A stretch of 64,000 nt of DNA, taken from the NCBI RefSeq assembly GCF_009914755.1, contig NC_060945.1, one strand, 5' to 3'. The position numbers and the translations under genes are program-made. How positions within the stretch are numbered: position 1 is the stretch's first letter; every line of letters begins with the position of its first letter. A model generated the notes under the pieces. It did not search any database. It had not been told where the DNA came from and saw nothing but the letters and a program-made list of their open reading frames with translations. Positions 43,104 through 57,127 of the stretch are shown one piece after another. This DNA is from the human T2T-CHM13v2.0 reference genome, Homo sapiens.

Positions 43104-43749
43104 GATTTTGCCTTCTTTTTTTTTTTTTAAATTTATTATTGTTATACTTTAAGTTTTAGGGTACATGTGCATGATGTGCAGGTTAGTTTCATATGTATAC
43201 ATGTGCCATGCTGGTGTGCTGCACCCACTAACTCGTCATCTAGCATTAGGTATATCTCCCAGTGCTATCCCTCCCCCCTCCCCCCACCCCACAACAGTCC
43301 CCAGAGTGTGATGTTCCCCTTCCTGTGCCCATGTGTTCTCATCGTTCAATTCCCACCTATGAGTGAGAATATGCGGTGTTTGGTTTTTTGTTCTTGCGAT
43401 AGTTTACTGAGAATGATGATTTCCAATTTCATCCATGTCCCTACAAAGGACATGAACTCATCCTTTTTTATGGCTGCATAGTATTCCATGGTGTATATGT
43501 GCCACATTTTCTTAATCCAGTCTATCATTATTGGACATTTGGGTTGGTTCCAAGTCTTTGCTATTGTGAATAGTGCCGCAATAAACATACGTGTGCATGT
43601 GTCTTTAAAGCAGCATGATTTACAGTCCTTTGTGTATATACCCAGTAATGGGATGGCTGGGTCAAATGGTATTTCTAGTTCTAGATCCCTGAGGAATCGC
43701 CACACTGACTTCCACAATGGTTGAACTAGTTTACAGTCCCAACAACAGT
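43104..43749 (-). mobile_element. Young 5'-truncated L1 (L1PA2/3-like) with 19-bp TSD
   Basis: Near-intact ORF2 C-terminus (ORF 43346-43717); gagaggacccaggttttct at 43085-43103 and 43750-43768; TT/AGAA endonuclease-type site. Confidence 0.95.
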
Positions 43750-45799
43750 GAGAGGACCCAGGTTTTCTAAGACCAAGTCGCTACACTCTTAACTGCAGTG
43801 GGTGGAGTTTGGGGATGGACTTCTCCTCAGCTCCCTGCTGCCGCTCTCCAGCGTCCCCGGGTGCAGACCCTCTGCCGCCACAGCTGGAGACTCCCAAAGG
43901 AGGCAAGCAAGCCTCAGCGATCCCAGGAGGCCCCATCGGCCCTTCCCAGGCTTTCCTCTCTTTAAGCTCCTCCTCCTCCTTCCCTTTCTTCAGAATCGAA
44001 TCTAGGCAAGGATTTCACAGTCTGAGCTTTGACCAAGGACAGTAACTGGGTCTAGGGATGGAAAACTTTGCTTCTAGGTCCCGTTTTGCTACAGCCTTGC
44101 AAGAGGACTGTGATCAGGCCTCAGTTTCCGTCTCTCTAAACTGAGGAGTGCTCTGCGGGGATCTCTGCCTCCTTTACAATATTTCCTCCAGTGATGTCTT
44201 CATTATTAGAGCTGCTGACTTCAAATGACATTTCATAATGTTGTCCCTCTCTGTTGTGTCATCCAGAGTCGTTTTTCTTCTTATATCTTGAAAATAGATA
44301 ACTAAGATAATATGAATATCAAACTGAGCCCCTTTCTTCGGATTTTGTAACAAGGAAAATTCCTAGTAATGATGAAGTAACTAAATGAATCTGGATGTGA
44401 GCTTAAATGAATCTGGATGTGAGCTTTATTTTATGATTGGATTAGGGTATATCCATGAGCCTTGGACTTATCTAAAACTTTAATTAATCTAAAATTATGC
44501 AGTGTTCATTACTTAGCAAAGGTATCATGGCTTGGTGTCTAGCATTCTTGGTAGAAAGCCATCGCTGTGTTAGGGAGTGTTGGCTGTTTATTGAGGCCAT
44601 CGGTGAGGCAATGCAAGACAGACAAATGTGGCTTCAGTACTACTAATATGACAGCAGACAGCCACCAGCTGGAAAGGTGTATTGAGATTGTAAAGATGTG
44701 CTCCTTCCCGAGGCCAGGGACCAGGGCCACTTACAGTCCCACAATCATCTTTTTGAACTGTAAATCTGAATTCCTTTCCCCATGACAAAGTTGGGCAGGG
44801 AACCATCAAACTGGGATTCTGGAAATCAGGATGGGGGAGCAGAGAATCCTGCACCCTCACAAACCCCTTTTGCTGTGTTTGCTCCTGGTGCAAGTTCTCA
44901 CTTCTTCATGGCTTGGGGGCTGAGCAGAGTTCCTGGGGGTGTTTGTGCTACCTCAGCTCTCTGTTCCCACTGCTTGGAGCCGGAGAGGAGGCAGGGATAG
45001 AAGTCATGGATTAAAGGTCTGGAGACAGGGCAGGAAGAACGGCAAGATTCAGAGGAAAATGTTTGTTTACAGCCAGAATCAATTGATAGGCATCCACACA
45101 GTGTTGGGGAGAATGATGCAGCACAGTGCCCTGGCCTGGCACGCAGGAGCCTATGACCGTTCCGTCCCCTGAGCCAGCTCAGGCTCCTCACCCCCACCCT
45201 CAGAATGTGGGCTTTCATGGCTGCTCCATCCTGGGCCACAGCCCTTCACCAGGCTCCTCTCTGGCAGGGCCACAGAGAATAAAAGGGAGCAGAAACCACA
45301 TCCTGCACACAGATAGAACCTGCATCAGCCAAAGTGTCCATCTGACCAAGGGTCTCCCTTCCGCACTGCCCAGGGGGCTACAACATGTTGTTTGGACCAC
45401 GGTTACTATACCTGACTCTCTTTAATTTTTTGGCTCAAATTGTTTTCTCTCCTTGATTAGATTAGGTACCTTGGTAATAGTTACGTTTGTCTGGAACCTA
45501 GAGGTTGCAAGATCATGAAACTGCAGTTATACCTTCCCAGAGGGGTTGATGGCATCCTCAGATCCTCGACTTGTGGAATGACCTGTGTGGATCTGACTCT
45601 AGGCCATCTCCCATTGGAAGAGGAGGAAGGCTTTTATGGTTGAAAGAAGGACCATTGCATTATAATAGGTGCAGTCATTTTGGAATTCTCGGTATGGGGA
45701 GAGGCATGTGCTTGTGTATGTGCACACATGCATACTTGCTCAGGAACCAAGGGGGTGGCCTACAGTGACATATGTCATGATTTTTGTTTATTCTGCTGC

Positions 45800-46325
45800 T
45801 GTATTCATTTTCAATTGCTGTTATAACAAATTACTACACACTTTGTGCCTTAAAAGAACACAAATTTATATTTTTACAATTCTGCAGACCAGAGGTCCAG
45901 CAGGGTCTAAAATCAAGGTGCCAGCAGTGCTGTGTTTGTTCCTGGAGGTTCTAGGGGAGAATCACTTCCCGCACATTTGGGCTGTGGGCAGAATTCAATT
46001 CCTTGTGGTTGTAGGACGGAGGTTGCCATTTTCCTGCTGGATGAGGGCCATTCCCAGCTTCTAGAAGCCATCTGCATGCCTTGGTTTGAGGACCCTTCGA
46101 CTATCTTCAAAACCAGCAAGGGTAGGTCAGACCCTTCTCACAGGCTCTTCTTCCTTCCTTTTTATGGACTCATCTCATTAGGTTTGCAGCCACTTGAATA
46201 ATCCCAGATCATTTCTCTATTTTAAGGTCAGCTGATCAGGTCAACTGAATTCTACCTATAACCTTAATTATTTTTTGCCATGTACGGTAACGTATGCATA
46301 GATTCTGGGGATTAGTATGGAGACA
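45800..46325. mobile_element. MLT1-type MaLR LTR
   Basis: 'gctgttataacaaattactaca...ggctgtgggcagaattcaattccttgtggttgtaggac'. Confidence 0.75.
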
Positions 46326-46901
46326 TACTAATTACACTGTAGCTAGATATTTGTGTCGGAGGGGGGGCATTATTCTGTACCTAGAAGAGAGGGGATTTGT
46401 GGGGCTGCAGGGTGTGTACATGTTCAGTGTTAACTGATTCTGCTAAGTGGTTTTCCAAAGAGGCATGCCCACTAAACACTATTCTCTTTCATTGGTCTGT
46501 TTATTTATTCTCATGTCCATATCATACTGTTTGAATTACTGTCTTGATATCTAGTATTCTAAATATTCTTACTTCGTTATTCTTTGAAATTGTGTTTGCT
46601 ATTTTAGCCTTTTGCATTTCCATATAAACTTTAGAATCAACTGGCTAATTTCCATAAAAATAACTGCTGGGATGTTGAATGGGATTGCTTAGATTCTATA
46701 GATTATGTGGAGGAATAATTTATATTTTACAATATAAAGATTTTCAGCCCATGAACATGGAATATCTCTTTATTTATTTGAAGATACTCTTCTTTAATTT
46801 ATGTCAATGTTTTATAGTTTTCTTTCACACATTTCACTAGTTCCTAACTGTTTGATATTTTTAATGCAATTGTAAATGATGTCATTTAAAAATTAATTTT
46901 C

Positions 46902-47215
46902 AGGCAAGGTACAGTGGCTCACTCCTGTAATCCCAGCACTATGGGAGGTTGAGGCAGGAGGATCACTTGAGGCCAGGAGTTCAAGACCAGCCTGGGCAAC
47001 ACAGGGAGACCCCATCTCAAAAAAAAAAAATTTAGCCAAGCGTGGTAGTACCTGACTGTAATCCTAATTACTGGGGAGGCAGAGATGGGAGGAGGCTGAG
47101 GTGGGAGGAGGCTGAGGTGGGAGGGCTCTGCTTGAGCCCAAGAGTTCAAGGCTGCGGTGAGTTTGTGCCACTGTACTCCAGCCTGGGTGACAGAGTAAGA
47201 TCCTGTCTGAAAAAA
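46902..47215 (+). mobile_element. Alu (AluJ-like) with small internal duplication
   Basis: Dimeric Alu; gggaggaggctgaggt repeated. Confidence 0.9.
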
Positions 47216-47329
47216 TAATTTTCTAATTGTTGCTATTGTTTCAAAATACATCTGATTCGTGTATACTATCTTGTATCTAATTACTTTGCTTGTTAATTAT
47301 AAATTTCTTTGGATTTTTCATGTACACAT

Positions 47330-47915
47330 CCTATCTATCCAAAGGAACAGAAATCAAAATATAAAAGATATACGTAAACTTGGAATGTTTATTGCAGCAC
47401 TATTCACAATAGCAAATATATAGAATCAACCCGTTTTCATCAACAAATGAATGAATAAAGAAAATGTCATATATATATGTAATGGAATTCTATTCAGTCA
47501 TAAAAAGAAAGAAAACATGTCATTTGTGGCAACATGGATGGAATTGGAGAGAATTATCTTAAGTGAAATAATCCAAACACAAAGAAATAAATATTGCGTG
47601 TTCTCACTTGTATGTGGGAACTAAAATATTTGATCACATGGAGGTCAAGAGGGGAAAAATAAATAACAGAGACTGGGAAGGGTGAGTGTGGGAGAAAAGA
47701 GAGGAAGAGGAGGACTGGGTTAAAGGGTACAAACATATGGTAAGACAGAAGGAATTAATTCCATATTTGATGGTGGAGTAGGGGGACTGTACTTAACAAA
47801 AATCGATTTTACTTGGGTGATGGCTGTCCTCAATACGTTGACTTGACCGCTATGCGTTATATACATGTACCAAAATTTCTTATGTACCCCATAAGTTTAT
47901 AGAAATAAAAAACAG
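47330..47915 (+). mobile_element. L1MA/PB-like 3' end
   Basis: 'atgtttattgcagcactattcacaatagc...gcaacatggatggaattggag'. Confidence 0.8.
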
Positions 47916-49698
47916 CAAAAAATTGTATAAATAATGTTCAGTTATCTATTTTTATTTAATTTAGAAGCAATCATCTAGGTAAAAGACCAGTAGGAACAAT
48001 CCTAATATAGCTAGTTATAGCACACCTACTATGATACAGAAACCTGGCTAAGGGTCGGTCAGGCAAAATCTCACCTCATCCTACCAATGACCCTATAAGG
48101 TCGGTATTATTATTATCCCTATATTTTAAATATGTAAAAGTAGTAGTAGCCTGACCAATGTAATGCCAAATGGCAGAATTGGGACTTAGGCCTAATGTAC
48201 CTGACTCAAGAAGTAGCAATTTAATCTGTATCTCCACGTCTGTATATGGACCAAGGAGAAGTAAATTTTGTGTTTGTGAGTACCTTTAATTCTTTCTGTC
48301 CATCCGAAATATTCTAACCCCAAACCCCATGCCATGAGTGGCTTTTTAGGGAAAGAATTAAGACCATGTTGTAAAATCTTGTAAGTTGCAGTTTGCAGAA
48401 TTAGTATTGGACCAACAATGTCCTCCCACTCAAGTGGCATAACGGTAGAAAACACTGTTACTAGTTAGAAATAGAATCTTAGGGGAGAAACTGATAGTCT
48501 AAACTACAGAACCCAGATTAAAATAGAAAAAATCTGTACTCTTCCTTAAAATAATTTGACTAAATTTTAAAAAAATTATTTCTGCAAATAAACAGTATTA
48601 TAAAGTGGTATATTTAAACAAATAAATATCTACCTACAATGTAATTCTTTTTAATCTAATCTTGAACCAGTGGTTCTGGCTCCATCTTATCTTGTCATAA
48701 TCTTTGTAACTCATCTTGAATGCTTTTTTGGAGTTGCACCTGTTCCTTGGTTTATATATGCTCCAGGGATTTCTTGTCAGCTGGCCGTAAGACATGATTT
48801 GGCAATTTGTCATTCCATTTACTGGATTCATTTAGCTGTGTAAAATTGACACTTATGGATACTTTAGTTTCAGGAATCCTTCTTATAACAGTGGGCTTTC
48901 ACAATCTCCTTCCTATGCCATGCAGAAATAATCCTCCACAAGCCAAGCACAAAAGAAAAATCAGGTTGGTGGAGAACAAGTAAAGAAAAGGAGGAGAAGG
49001 TAAGTGAGAGGGAGAAGGTAAGTGAGAGGGAGGAGGAGGAAAGGGAGGGCCTGAGAAAAGCAAAGGTGAGAAAAGTCTCTGCTGCCGTAGAGCCTGGAGC
49101 AGCACGACCGGCTTGGCCTTCTCCATCCCCAGCCAGCAATGCAGAGGACACCGCAGGGACTCCCCAAGTGTCCGCACCCCTGGGCCTGCCAGGGCCTCCA
49201 CCTGCTGGGCTGCCCTCCCTGTGCGCAAGGTGTGAGGAGATTCTTGGAGAGAGTTCCCCTGGGTTGCAGAGTCCTGATGGAATCTCACAGGAAAATTGCG
49301 TGGCCCCCAATGTCCTAGGTGTAGCGTTCGTTTCAGTTTTTTCATTAGAAATGTGTCCCTGAAGGCTCATGTCTGTGCCTTGAGAAAAGAGAAGGCCATC
49401 GTCACAATAACCCTCCGTTCTGACCAGGATGGAGTTGGGGTTGCTATTGCTCAAAAGCTTCCAGAACCTTCTGCTCCCACTCAGAATAAACCCAGAACCC
49501 TTGCCTGACCCAGAAGCCCCTTGGGGATCTGCCTCACAGCCCACCTCACCGATGGCTCTTCTCCCACCCAGGCCCTTGCTAATGGCCCTCTCACAGCACT
49601 GCCATCTACTCTTCAGACCTGCCCATCCCTCCTGCCTCAGAGCCTCCAACCTTCTGTTCCCTCTGCCAGAAATCACCACATACAACTTTGTCTTGTCT

Positions 49699-49974
49699 CT
49701 TTTTTTTTTTTTTTTTTTTTTGAGACAGAGTCTTGCTCTGTCACCCAGGCTGCCAGGCTGTAGTGCAGTGGTGTGATCTCAGCTCACTGCAGCCTCCACC
49801 CCCTGGGTTCAAGAGATCCTCCTGCCTCAGTCTCCTGAGTAGCTGGGACTACAGGCACCCAACCACCATGCCTGGCTAGTTTTTTTTTTTTTTTTTAAGT
49901 AGAGACAGGGTGTCACTATATTGGCCAGGCTGGTCTCGAACTCTTGACCTCAAGTGATCTGCCCGCTTCAGCCT
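49699..49974 (-). mobile_element. Alu, 5'-truncated
   Basis: Antisense Alu; 'cttgtctcttt' on both flanks. Confidence 0.93.
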
Positions 49975-50714
49975 TGTCTCTTTCTGCAGGTCTCTGTTCA
50001 AATGGAGTCTCATCTCAGTGGCCTTTTCTAACTACTCTACCTAAAACAGCAGCTTAGGCCATCATTATCTGTCCCTTACTCTACTTGATTCCTGCCCATT
50101 GTACTCTACGCTGTCAGTGTTGTATATTTTCTTTCTTCCCTCCATGGAAGTGAGCCTCGTGCTTGTAGGGGCTTTATCTTGATTTGTTCAGCATGGTGTC
50201 CCTGTGCCTGTAGCAGTTGGTAATACAGAAAGGAAGCACATCAAGCATTACATGAATAACTATAGAAATTACTGGACTAACATGTGTGTTTGCTTTTTTG
50301 TTTGTGTTTTTCACTCAGAATGATTCCTTCCTAGGGGCTTCTGAGTCTCCTCCCTACCCCATTGTCTAGCCCTTTAAATACATTTGACAATAAAGTTCTA
50401 TCTATTCCCCAGACATATTTGGACATGTGTGAATTCCAGCAAGAGAAGTAGTTTGTTTTTACCCCTGAAGGCTTCCAGCTGTGTGCAAGCAGACTTCCAC
50501 AGATGCCACATCATCCTCTTAGCAGATGTGTTCTGATATTTCTAAATCCACCTAATTGTAAGCTGAAAATTCTCAATTGTGTTAAAAATTCTAAAATTTG
50601 TAACTATTTTTATTTCCAATGTAGTTAACATTTCACTCTACTTTTAAGCAGTATTCTTTTGCACTAGATTTCTAATTGAAAGTTGTTAAGAATTAGTTGA
50701 CATCCTAAACTTTT

Positions 50715-52088
50715 GTTTTTTTTTGGTTTTTTGTTTTTTTACCATAATTTTTATTTGTAAAAAATGTTCTGTTCTGCTTCTGTTTTTTTTTTTTTCTTTT
50801 TTTTTTTTAAATCATACTTTAAGTTCTGGGATACATGTGCAGAACGTGCAGGTTTGTTACATAGGTATACATGTGCCATCGTGGTTTGCTGCACCCATCA
50901 ACCCATCATCTACATTAAGTATTTCTCCTAATGCTATCCCTCCCCTAGCCCCCAATCCCCCAACAGGCCCTGGTGTGTGATGTTCCCCTCCCTGTGTCCA
51001 TGTGTTCTCACTGTTCAACTCCCACTTATGAGAGAGAACATGCGGTGTTTGGTTTTCTGTTCTTGTGTTAGGTTGCTGAGAATATGGTTTCCAGCTTCAC
51101 CTATGTCCCTGCAAAGGACATGAACTCATCCTTTTTATGGCTGCATAGTATTCCATTGTGTATATACACCACATTTTCTTTATCCAGTATATCACTGATG
51201 GGCATTTGTGTTGGTTCCAAGTCTTTGCTATTGTGAACAGTACTGCAATAAACATACGTGTGCATGTGTCTTTGTAGTAGAATGATTTATAATCCTTTGG
51301 GTATATACCCAGTAATGGGATTGCTGCGTCAAATGGTATTTCTGGTTCTAGATCCTAGAGGAATCGCCACACTGTCTTCCACAACGGTTGAACTAATTTA
51401 CACTCCCACCAACAGTGTAAAAGCGTTCTTGCTTCTCCACATCCTCTCCAGCATCTGTTTTTTCTTGACTTTTTAATGATCGCCATTCTAACTGGCGTGA
51501 GGTGGTATGTCATTGTGGTTTTGATTTGCATTTCTCTAATGACCAGTGATGATGAGAGCTTTTTTTCATATGTTCGTTGGCTGCATAAATGTCTTCTTTT
51601 GAGAAGTGTCTGTTCATATCCTTCACCCACTTTTTGATGAGGTTGTTTGGTTTTTCCTTCTAAATTTGTTTAAGTTCCTTGTAGATTCTGGATATTAGCC
51701 CTTTGTCAGATGGATAGATTGCAAAAATTTTCTCCCATTCTGTAGGTTGCCTGTTCACTCTGATGAGAGTTTCTTTTGCTATGCAGAAGCTCTTTAATTA
51801 GATTCCATTTGTCAATTCTGGCTTTTGTTGCCATTGTTTTTGGTGTTTTAGTCATGAAGGCTTTTCACATGCCTATGTCCTGAATGGTATTGCCTAGGTT
51901 TTCTTCTAGGGTTTTTATGGTTTTAGGTCTTACGTTTAAGTCTTTAATCCATCTTGAGTTAATTTTTGTATAAGGTGTAAGGAAGGGGTCCAGTTTCAAT
52001 TTTCTGTGTATGGCTAGCCAGTTTTCCCAACACCATTTATTAAATAGGGAATCCTTTCCCCCATTGCTTGTTTTCGTCAGGGTCGTCA
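50715..52088 (-). mobile_element. 5'-truncated L1PA (L1PA7/8-like) with 3' transduction and 16-bp TSD
   Basis: ORF2 C-terminal remnants; gacatcctaaactttt at 50699-50714 and 52089-52104. Confidence 0.93.
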
Positions 52089-52459
52089 GACATCCTAAAC
52101 TTTTAAATTTAAGAATTTACATTTTTTAAAGAAACTGATAGTCATTTAAAAATCCATAACTCAAAAAATAATAATTCCTCCTATGTTTTCAACCAAGAGA
52201 AGTGAAAATCTGTTTACACAAAGGCCTGAATATAAGTATTCATAACAACTTTCTTCTTAATAGCCAAATATTTTAAAAATAGTTTATCACTGAAGAATAG
52301 TTAAACAAGCTGTAATATATTCCCACAATGGTTACTACCCAACATAAGAAGAATGACATATATACTGGAAACAACATGGACATATCTCAAAGGCATTAAA
52401 ATATATGAAAGAAACCAGGTATAAGATAATTTACTATATGATTCCATTTATATTAAATT

Positions 52460-52759
52460 CTTTTTTTTTTTTTGAGACAGCATCTCACTCTATAACCAAG
52501 GCTGGAGTGCAGTGATGTGATCACAGATCACTGCAGCCTTGACCTCCCAGGCTCAGGTGGTTCTTCATCCTGAGTAGCTGGGACCACAGGTGTGCCATCA
52601 CACCTGGCTAATTTTGTGTGTGAGTGTGTGTATGTTTTTTGAGATGGGGTTTTGCCATATGTGTGTTGCCCAGGCTGGTCTCAAACTCCTGGGCTTAAGT
52701 GATCCTCCCTTCTCAGTCTAATGCTAGGATTTACAGACATGAGTCGCTGCTTGTGGCCT
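52460..52759 (-). mobile_element. Alu (AluJ-like) inside old L1M
   Basis: Antisense dimer; 'aaattct' on both flanks. Confidence 0.9.
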
Positions 52760-55700
52760 GTAACAAATTCTAAGAAAGACAAAACTAGAGTGAAAAAAAA
52801 GCAACTGCCAGGAGCTGTGGTGTGGGGAGGGCACTGAATACAGCAGCATACGAGGGAGTTTTGGGGGTAATGAAATGTATTTTAATGGTAGTGTTGTGTA
52901 TATGACTATATATATTTGTCCAAATGCATTCATTTGTACACTTAAAATTGGTAAATTTATTATATGTAAATTAAACTCAATCAGACTATAAAAATAAACT
53001 TTTGATCCTGAAAAAATACCTACATACATACAAACTACCTCTGAAACAAATGACTTTTTCAGAATTTCTAATTTAAATATTCAGAAATATGAATGATGAT
53101 GATGAATTTTAACAAGGCTTGCATAATTCAATTCTTTTTTGGATCACACCTGAGAGGCATATTAGCTGCTGGACTTATGTAGACTTCCTTACCTTCTTTG
53201 CATATAAAAAAACAGGAGGTTGAGACAGAAACAAGATATGTAATTAATGTACAATGAAAGTTTCTACTGCCCAGTAAATAAAGCTTTCTATTGCCCAATG
53301 AATTGTGCCTGGCAGCACAATTGATCATTCTTTTTACCCTCAAAGCATCCTTGAAATGATTGACTCAACCATGAGAGAAACACTCTAAATATTCTCAGAT
53401 ACAAACTAATAGGATCAGCTTCACAGAACACCTGCAGATGCAACTAACTAAAAATCCAGCTCAATTTGACTTTAATAAGAAGGCACTTTATTGACTCAGG
53501 TGGGTAGTTCAGAAGAAGGCCAGGCTTCAGGGTGAATTTGAGCAAAAAGAAGCTCAGGTATGCTACCCAGGACTCAGTCTCTTCCCAATTTTCTGCTCTG
53601 CCTTCAGTGAAGTCAGAATCATTCTGAGTGTGGCAAAATCTCTAGGAATAATTTATGAGGCTGCATTCTTCATCAAAGAGGGAAGATGAACAAGCACATT
53701 CTTGTTCCTAACAACCTAGCACAACTTGTATTTGACTCTAATTGGAACAACTCAGGCCCTTGCCCATCCCCAAGTCCATTAGGGGGACCAAGGGAGTGCT
53801 GTGTGGCACCTGGCATGAGCCTCAGTTATGCACCCACCTTGGAACCAGTAACTGTGACATAGGGTGAGACAGTGGTGGTTAGGTTAAGTCAACCAGCACC
53901 CACCCCATGTTTCAAACCATGTGACTAAATAATTCAGGGCTCTGTTAGGAAGAAGAAAGGTGGATGCTTCTTGAATAGCACCCAACACTCAACTACAATT
54001 TGATTTGACAGGAACCCAGAGGCCTTCTCCATAGAAATCTCTCACAGTTGTTTGGAAAGAGAGCACTCAGTACAAAAATACTATGGCAACAACCCTGTGG
54101 CCTCAAGGGTGCTACGGACTTGGTGTGGAGGGTGGGGAAGGACTCAGTGTCTCCTGCAGATGAAGCAGAAGAGATGGCACTGCCTTAGCAGAGTAGAAAA
54201 TGTTTAACCCCAAGAGATGCCTACAGAGGCAGCTGAGCCACACCACAGACTCCTAGAAGGGCTTGGGTTAGGGTTACCACGTGTCTAGATAAGCAGAGGA
54301 GATGGTGAGGCAGACACAGAAAGGTCGGTTCAAAGCTGATTGGGAAGAGTGTGATCCCAAGACCCCTCAGTCCACACTGGCAGTCAAATACTCCTCCCTG
54401 ACGTCGGAAAAAGAAACAATTTATTTTCTTCAGACTTTGAAACAGAACTTTTGTAAGCTCCAGGACACTAGATAATGCAGCTTATGTAAAGAGAGTATTT
54501 AGTGAAAGCCAATTTACTGAGCAGGGAGATCCTCAGACTCTTTCTCCCTCTTGGCTCCCAGAATGCTAGGGTCAGGCTTGCAGTCTTAGGAGATTGGCGA
54601 CCTCTTTTTGGAGAGGATCTGCAGATACCAACATTTTCAGGGTTTCCTCAGGTCCAGGAGTGCCACGCTCCTGTGGATTCTTCCTCTGTGGAAGCAAAGG
54701 AAGACTCCATCTGTGCATACGGAATGCATTAATTATATTTTCTTATTTTCTGTTTTCTTGATGTTCTAGCATCTGGGGTTTACTGGGAAAAGATTGCCTT
54801 TCCCAGGGCCAGCCAATTAAACTACCAGTCCAGAACCAATACTCCTAACCACCTACTTTATCTGGCTCTGATACTGTAGGAGACAATACCGCTCTTCCCT
54901 AATCACCCCAGGGCCGGTGCCTTATGGACTGAAATTCTGAAATCTTTTTATGCCTGGCCTTTCCATCCTTCAACTTCCCCTCTCCCATGCTGTGAATGAT
55001 TGTATTGGACATTTTTGTTTTAATCTCAGTGACAGGGGAACACAGGTAGCTCTAATATAGCTGTGACCCAGATGCTTCTGTTTCTAGCATGTATTTATTT
55101 TGTAGCAAACATTTACATCCATCATTTTTCACTGTCTTTTGAAAATAATTAGGCAATATCTCATCTGAGGTAGGATGTTTCTAGGGGTTGTGTTCTGAGG
55201 GAGAAAAACTAATCTGTTCTCTTTCCACTGCATTCCAGGAACAGTAAGAGGACCTTGTGCATGAATAATTTGTTTCCACACTACAGAGTGATTAATAAGC
55301 AGATTAGTAAAAACAATTCTGCTTCACTTAGTAACAGCCTCCTCCAACTCATTTTTTCTCAACAAACTTATTTTTCCAGCAGAAGAATCACAGACTTCTT
55401 AGAGAACCCAGTGAGTTTTCACACCTTAAATCTGTGAAATCCTCATGTTTTCTTCTGCCGTATCCATAGTTCAAACAAAGATGAGGCAAAACTAGATGCA
55501 TTCCTGAAGGAACCCAAGAAATTCCTCTCTTTCTATCTCTGGAATGAAATGCATTATCTAGACCATCAATTCTAACCTTCAAAAACCAAACCTGTTTGTG
55601 AGATCTCCTTCAAATACTACTGTAGACCCCAGTGTTTATTCATTAAATTTTTAAAATATTTGTTTTATTTGGAATCCATGTATTTGTAATTTTAGTGTTT

Positions 55701-57090
55701 GTATTAATATCAGGGAGAAATGTTTAAATCTGTCTATGCCATATGTGCCTCTGGCTTATTGCCCAATTAATTGTAGCCTCAGGCTAAACTTTGGTTTCTG
55801 TCTTTAATGTTTGTCAGAACAAATATAACTGATCTCAAAACATCTGCTTTTATTGTAGGGACTCGTGCTGCCATCTCCATTCCTATCTCTTTTCTTGCAA
55901 TCTGGGTGGAAGTTCTTTAATATGAACATTTCAGCCACCTTCATTCTACCACGTCCGCTATCAGCACATTCAAACTGATCCAGCCAAGGCTGTCATCTTA
56001 GGCCAGGGATTTTTTAGGAATCTATTTTGCTGTGATGCGGCTGGCACCGCTTTGACTCACTTTATCACCCCAGGGTTCTTTTCATTTTAGAAGCCCAAGA
56101 AGGCAGAAAAAGAAGTAGGTGAGCAATTAAACCCTCTGAGTCAGGAGCGTCTCCCCTTGTGTTAGGCAATGTTGTAGAACATTGTGTTTAGCAAGCTCCT
56201 AGCAGATGAGCCACGTGGCTGCTGAGCACACACGCCTGCTTGCTGCTGTGAGCTCAGACACCATCATCATGTCCTTTCCATCTCTGGAGGGAATTGTAAG
56301 GGCCACTTAATAACCTCTAAATCAGAGAGATGAAGGTGCTTCCCCAAAACACTGATGACAGAATGAAAGGTGAGGAGTGTTAGCCACAGGTCAAAAGTGC
56401 AGGAAAGTCTCTCAGTGTGGGTTGTTGAAGAAATGCAGGTCTTTTTTCTTTTGGAAGTCTCCCTAGAATGGGGTCAAGGACTCTGCCCATTCTAGGATGA
56501 AAAATTGGGATATTAGACACCCTCAGATATTTATCCTAAGCTTCCATTTTGGGCTCTTAATTAGTTTGTTCATCCATCACAATCTCAAATGCTAAGCAGG
56601 GCATTTGAATCTCTCCACAGTGCAAATCAGCGCCGTCTTTTAAAGTTGAGTTTCTTCTTATTCTCACCTGATACACCTTATTTATCCCACACCCACCCCA
56701 ATAACATATCGTGCTCATTGTTATCTTTGAGGCAACCCTTGAATTTTACTCAGCCTGGAGCGCTCTTCACATGTCTTGTCCAGAGCCAGTTCGGACTCAT
56801 TCTTCAGCCGTGCATCAGTCAGTGGGGGCTAGCTTAAACTGTGGTGACAAACAACCTCCAAATTTCAGTGGCTCAAAAATCTTCTTCCTCATTTATTTAC
56901 ATCTCATGACTGGTCAGGTGAGAGGTAGCTCTGTGCTGTGTCATCCTAACACAGGAATCCAGAAGGAAGGAGGGACCGTCAATAAGATCCCCATTGCTAT
57001 AGAAAAGAGAAAAAAGCATGCGGAATAGAACGCTGTTTCTTGGAGATTTCTCCTGAAAAAGTCACATGTTATTTCTTCTCACCTCCATTG

Positions 57091-57127
<37 letters not shown>

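Noticed and set aside
48634-49685. Minus-strand ORFs (65, 148, 271 aa) as a possible pseudogene
   Set aside because: Could not match any frame to a known protein; includes low-complexity tract; BLASTX would be needed
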